This document shows, piece by piece, positions 61,818 to 64,000 of a stretch of 64,000 nt of DNA; position 1 is the first letter of the stretch; each line of letters starts with the position of its first letter. The notes beneath the pieces were generated by a model. The model ran no database searches. It was not told where the DNA came from and worked only from the letters and a program-made list of their open reading frames with translations. The DNA lies in assembly GCF_009914755.1 (NCBI RefSeq), contig NC_060929.1; one strand, given 5' to 3'. The position numbers and the translations under genes were made by a program. Origin of the DNA: the human T2T-CHM13v2.0 reference genome, Homo sapiens.

Positions 61818-62283
61818 CATTATGACTTGAACTGTGTCCTCCCCAAAAGATACGGTGAAGTCCTAACCCCCAGTACCTAACAAATAATCTCATTTGGAAA
61901 TTAGGTTTTTACAGAGGTAATCAAGTTAAAATGAGATCATTAGGGTGGGCCATAATCCATATGTGTCCTATGAAAAAGGGAAATTTGGATGCTGAGCCAG
62001 ACAAGCATAGAGGAAAGAGGATGTGAAGACATGCAGGAGAAGATGGCCAAAAGGCTTGAGTGGTGATGTGTGTACAAGCTGAGAATGCCAAGGATTGCTG
62101 GCAACCACCTGCAGCTAACGAGGTGAGGAAGAAGACTCCCCTAGAGCCTTAGGGAAGAATATGGCCCTGCCAACACTTGATTTTAGATTTCAGGCCTCCA
62201 GAACTGTGAGGTCATCCATTTCTGTTGTGTTAAGCCACCTAGCTTTTGTTTCTCTGTTATAGCAGGTCTAAGAAACTAATACA
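61818..62283 (+). mobile_element. MaLR solo LTR, MLT1C-like
   Basis: GAAGTCCTAACCCCCAGTACC..AATCAAGTTAAAATGAG..GCCAAGGATTGCTGGCAACCACC..GAAACTAATACA. Confidence 0.85.
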
Positions 62284-63813
62284 CATGCGTAGAACAGAAG
62301 TATCACAACCCAGTCCTTTTTTTATCTTCTAAGTTTTTTTAAAAGTTCTCTCCTAAATAAACAAAAATACATAAGTAATCTTTAAAACTTACATAGGTTA
62401 AGTTTCTAGTGCTGTACTGATTGGTTCAATTGTTAAGAATATTGACTATAAGGTCAGTTCTGTCTTTGACATAGAGTTTTGAATAAGGAGTTTGATGGAA
62501 AATATCTGTAGATTAAGGTTCTTTTTCAAGACTGTGATGGTAGCTGACATTTTTGCAGCTTTAAATATATACTGAGTCACATCCTTAGTAAAGAAGGAAG
62601 GTAATCGTCAAACATTTTAAAATACCCCATTGTTATAAGATTTTGAAATACCATTATCACAGCATTTCAGTAATGAACTCTCACAGCCTTCAGCTCTGCC
62701 CACTGTTGAAGAGAAGTAATCAGTCTAGATGCATACTTCCCTTATGGAGCTTTTAGGGGCATAATATCCATCCAGTTAGTCATTTGGACAGGCTTGATAA
62801 ACTAAGCCCACAGTCAACCTGCCATTAAAAGCAGAGTGAGTTAGATTTGTGGCATCCTCAGTATTAATTAAACATTGATGGTGGGCGTCACTGTTCAGAA
62901 GAAGGGGGCATCTTTACCTAATGTGCGTGCAAATCTCAACAGTCTTAGAGCTGAAAGGGCCCTTAGAGATCATCTATTCATCTGGTCTAATCCTGTTGGA
63001 ATGGTGAATCTCATATTAGAACTGCGGGTAAGAGAGTAGGTGAAGAAGGAGCCTGGCATTAGAGGGGAGACTATTAAAATAATACCTGGCAGGAATTGAT
63101 GTGGATGGAGAGTATAGACAGAAGATGTTCAGTGTCGAGCAAAAGAAATAGCAAGTGGAGATGGGCCTGGAAGGTTTGAATTCAGTTGGAGGAAATCAAG
63201 CAAACACCCAGGAGAAAGGCAAGTTGGGGATGATGAGTTCACACCTATCTCCTGCAGGGGACTTTCTCTGAGCTGACCTTGTATTTTTACCAGCTTCCAA
63301 TCTTGGGTGGGGTGCTGACCAGTGGAGTGGGAGAGGAAGACTTGGCAGAAAATCTTCACTAGTGACCCAAGTCAACCTTGCCAGCGTTGGGCTCAGATGT
63401 CAACTTTAAGCATCCCTTGAGGCATAAACTTAGGCAGAATTTGATCATTTACAAACACCTGTCATTTGAACAGGTTTTGGGAAGGAGGCCATAAATGTTA
63501 ACACCTTTCTCTGCTCTCCCAACTGAAACTCTAAAATGCCAAAGAATATTTTCAGGAAAACATAGTGTGCTTACTCCAAATGGCACAGACAAAAGCCATA
63601 CTTCACGTCTCCTTCCCTGATGGGGCCGGGCCTCAGATATCCAAATGTAGCTGAGATGTAACAGAAGAGTTTTAAGGCCCCTCAGTGGCCCTGCTCTAAT
63701 GAGAGCCAGAAGTTCCCAATGCTGCCACCTCAAGATATTATTACAGTACTGAAATGACATCCAAAACACGAACAAAAAGAAAACTGAAATTCTGCCCTCT
63801 TGTTTCTCCTCAC

Positions 63814-64000
63814 TTTTTTGGGGGGCGGGGGGCAGGTCTTGCTCTGTTAGACTGGGGTGCACTGGCACTATCATGGCTCACTGCAGCATCGAGCTCCCCA
63901 GTCTCCAGTGATCCTCCTGCCTTGGCCTCCCATGTAGCTGGACCTACAGGCACACCCCACCACACCTGACTAATTTTTGTAATTTTTGTAGAGACAGGGT
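63814..64000 (-). mobile_element. Alu, AluJ-like, running off the window edge
   Basis: GGTCTTGCTCTGTT..GCTCACTGCAGC..GATCCTCCTGCCTTGGCCTCCC..TTTTTGTAGAGACAGGGT. Confidence 0.88.

Overview
Human (primate) genomic DNA, AT-rich and gene-poor: no host protein-coding exon, RNA gene or CRISPR array could be supported. Much of the window is recognisable transposable element. Two LINE-1 insertions dominate. (1) A young human-specific pre-Ta L1HS (23119-26746) with a twin-priming 5' inversion, a 15-bp TSD, an uninterrupted but endonuclease-less 1010-aa ORF2 and a short apparent 3' transduction. (2) A full-length but decayed L1PA7-like element (35365-41900) carrying a ~146-bp 3' transduction, nested inside a complete two-LTR MaLR (MSTA/THE1D-like) provirus (34779-43732). 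The rest is MaLR/ERV solo LTRs, Alus, MIR/L2/L3 and MER DNA transposons, microsatellites, several short local duplications, an unexplained 45-bp dispersed repeat and a candidate enhancer. I found no convincing new biological system; the most informative signals are retrotransposition-mechanism footprints. Subfamily names come from recalled consensus sequences and need RepeatMasker/Dfam confirmation.
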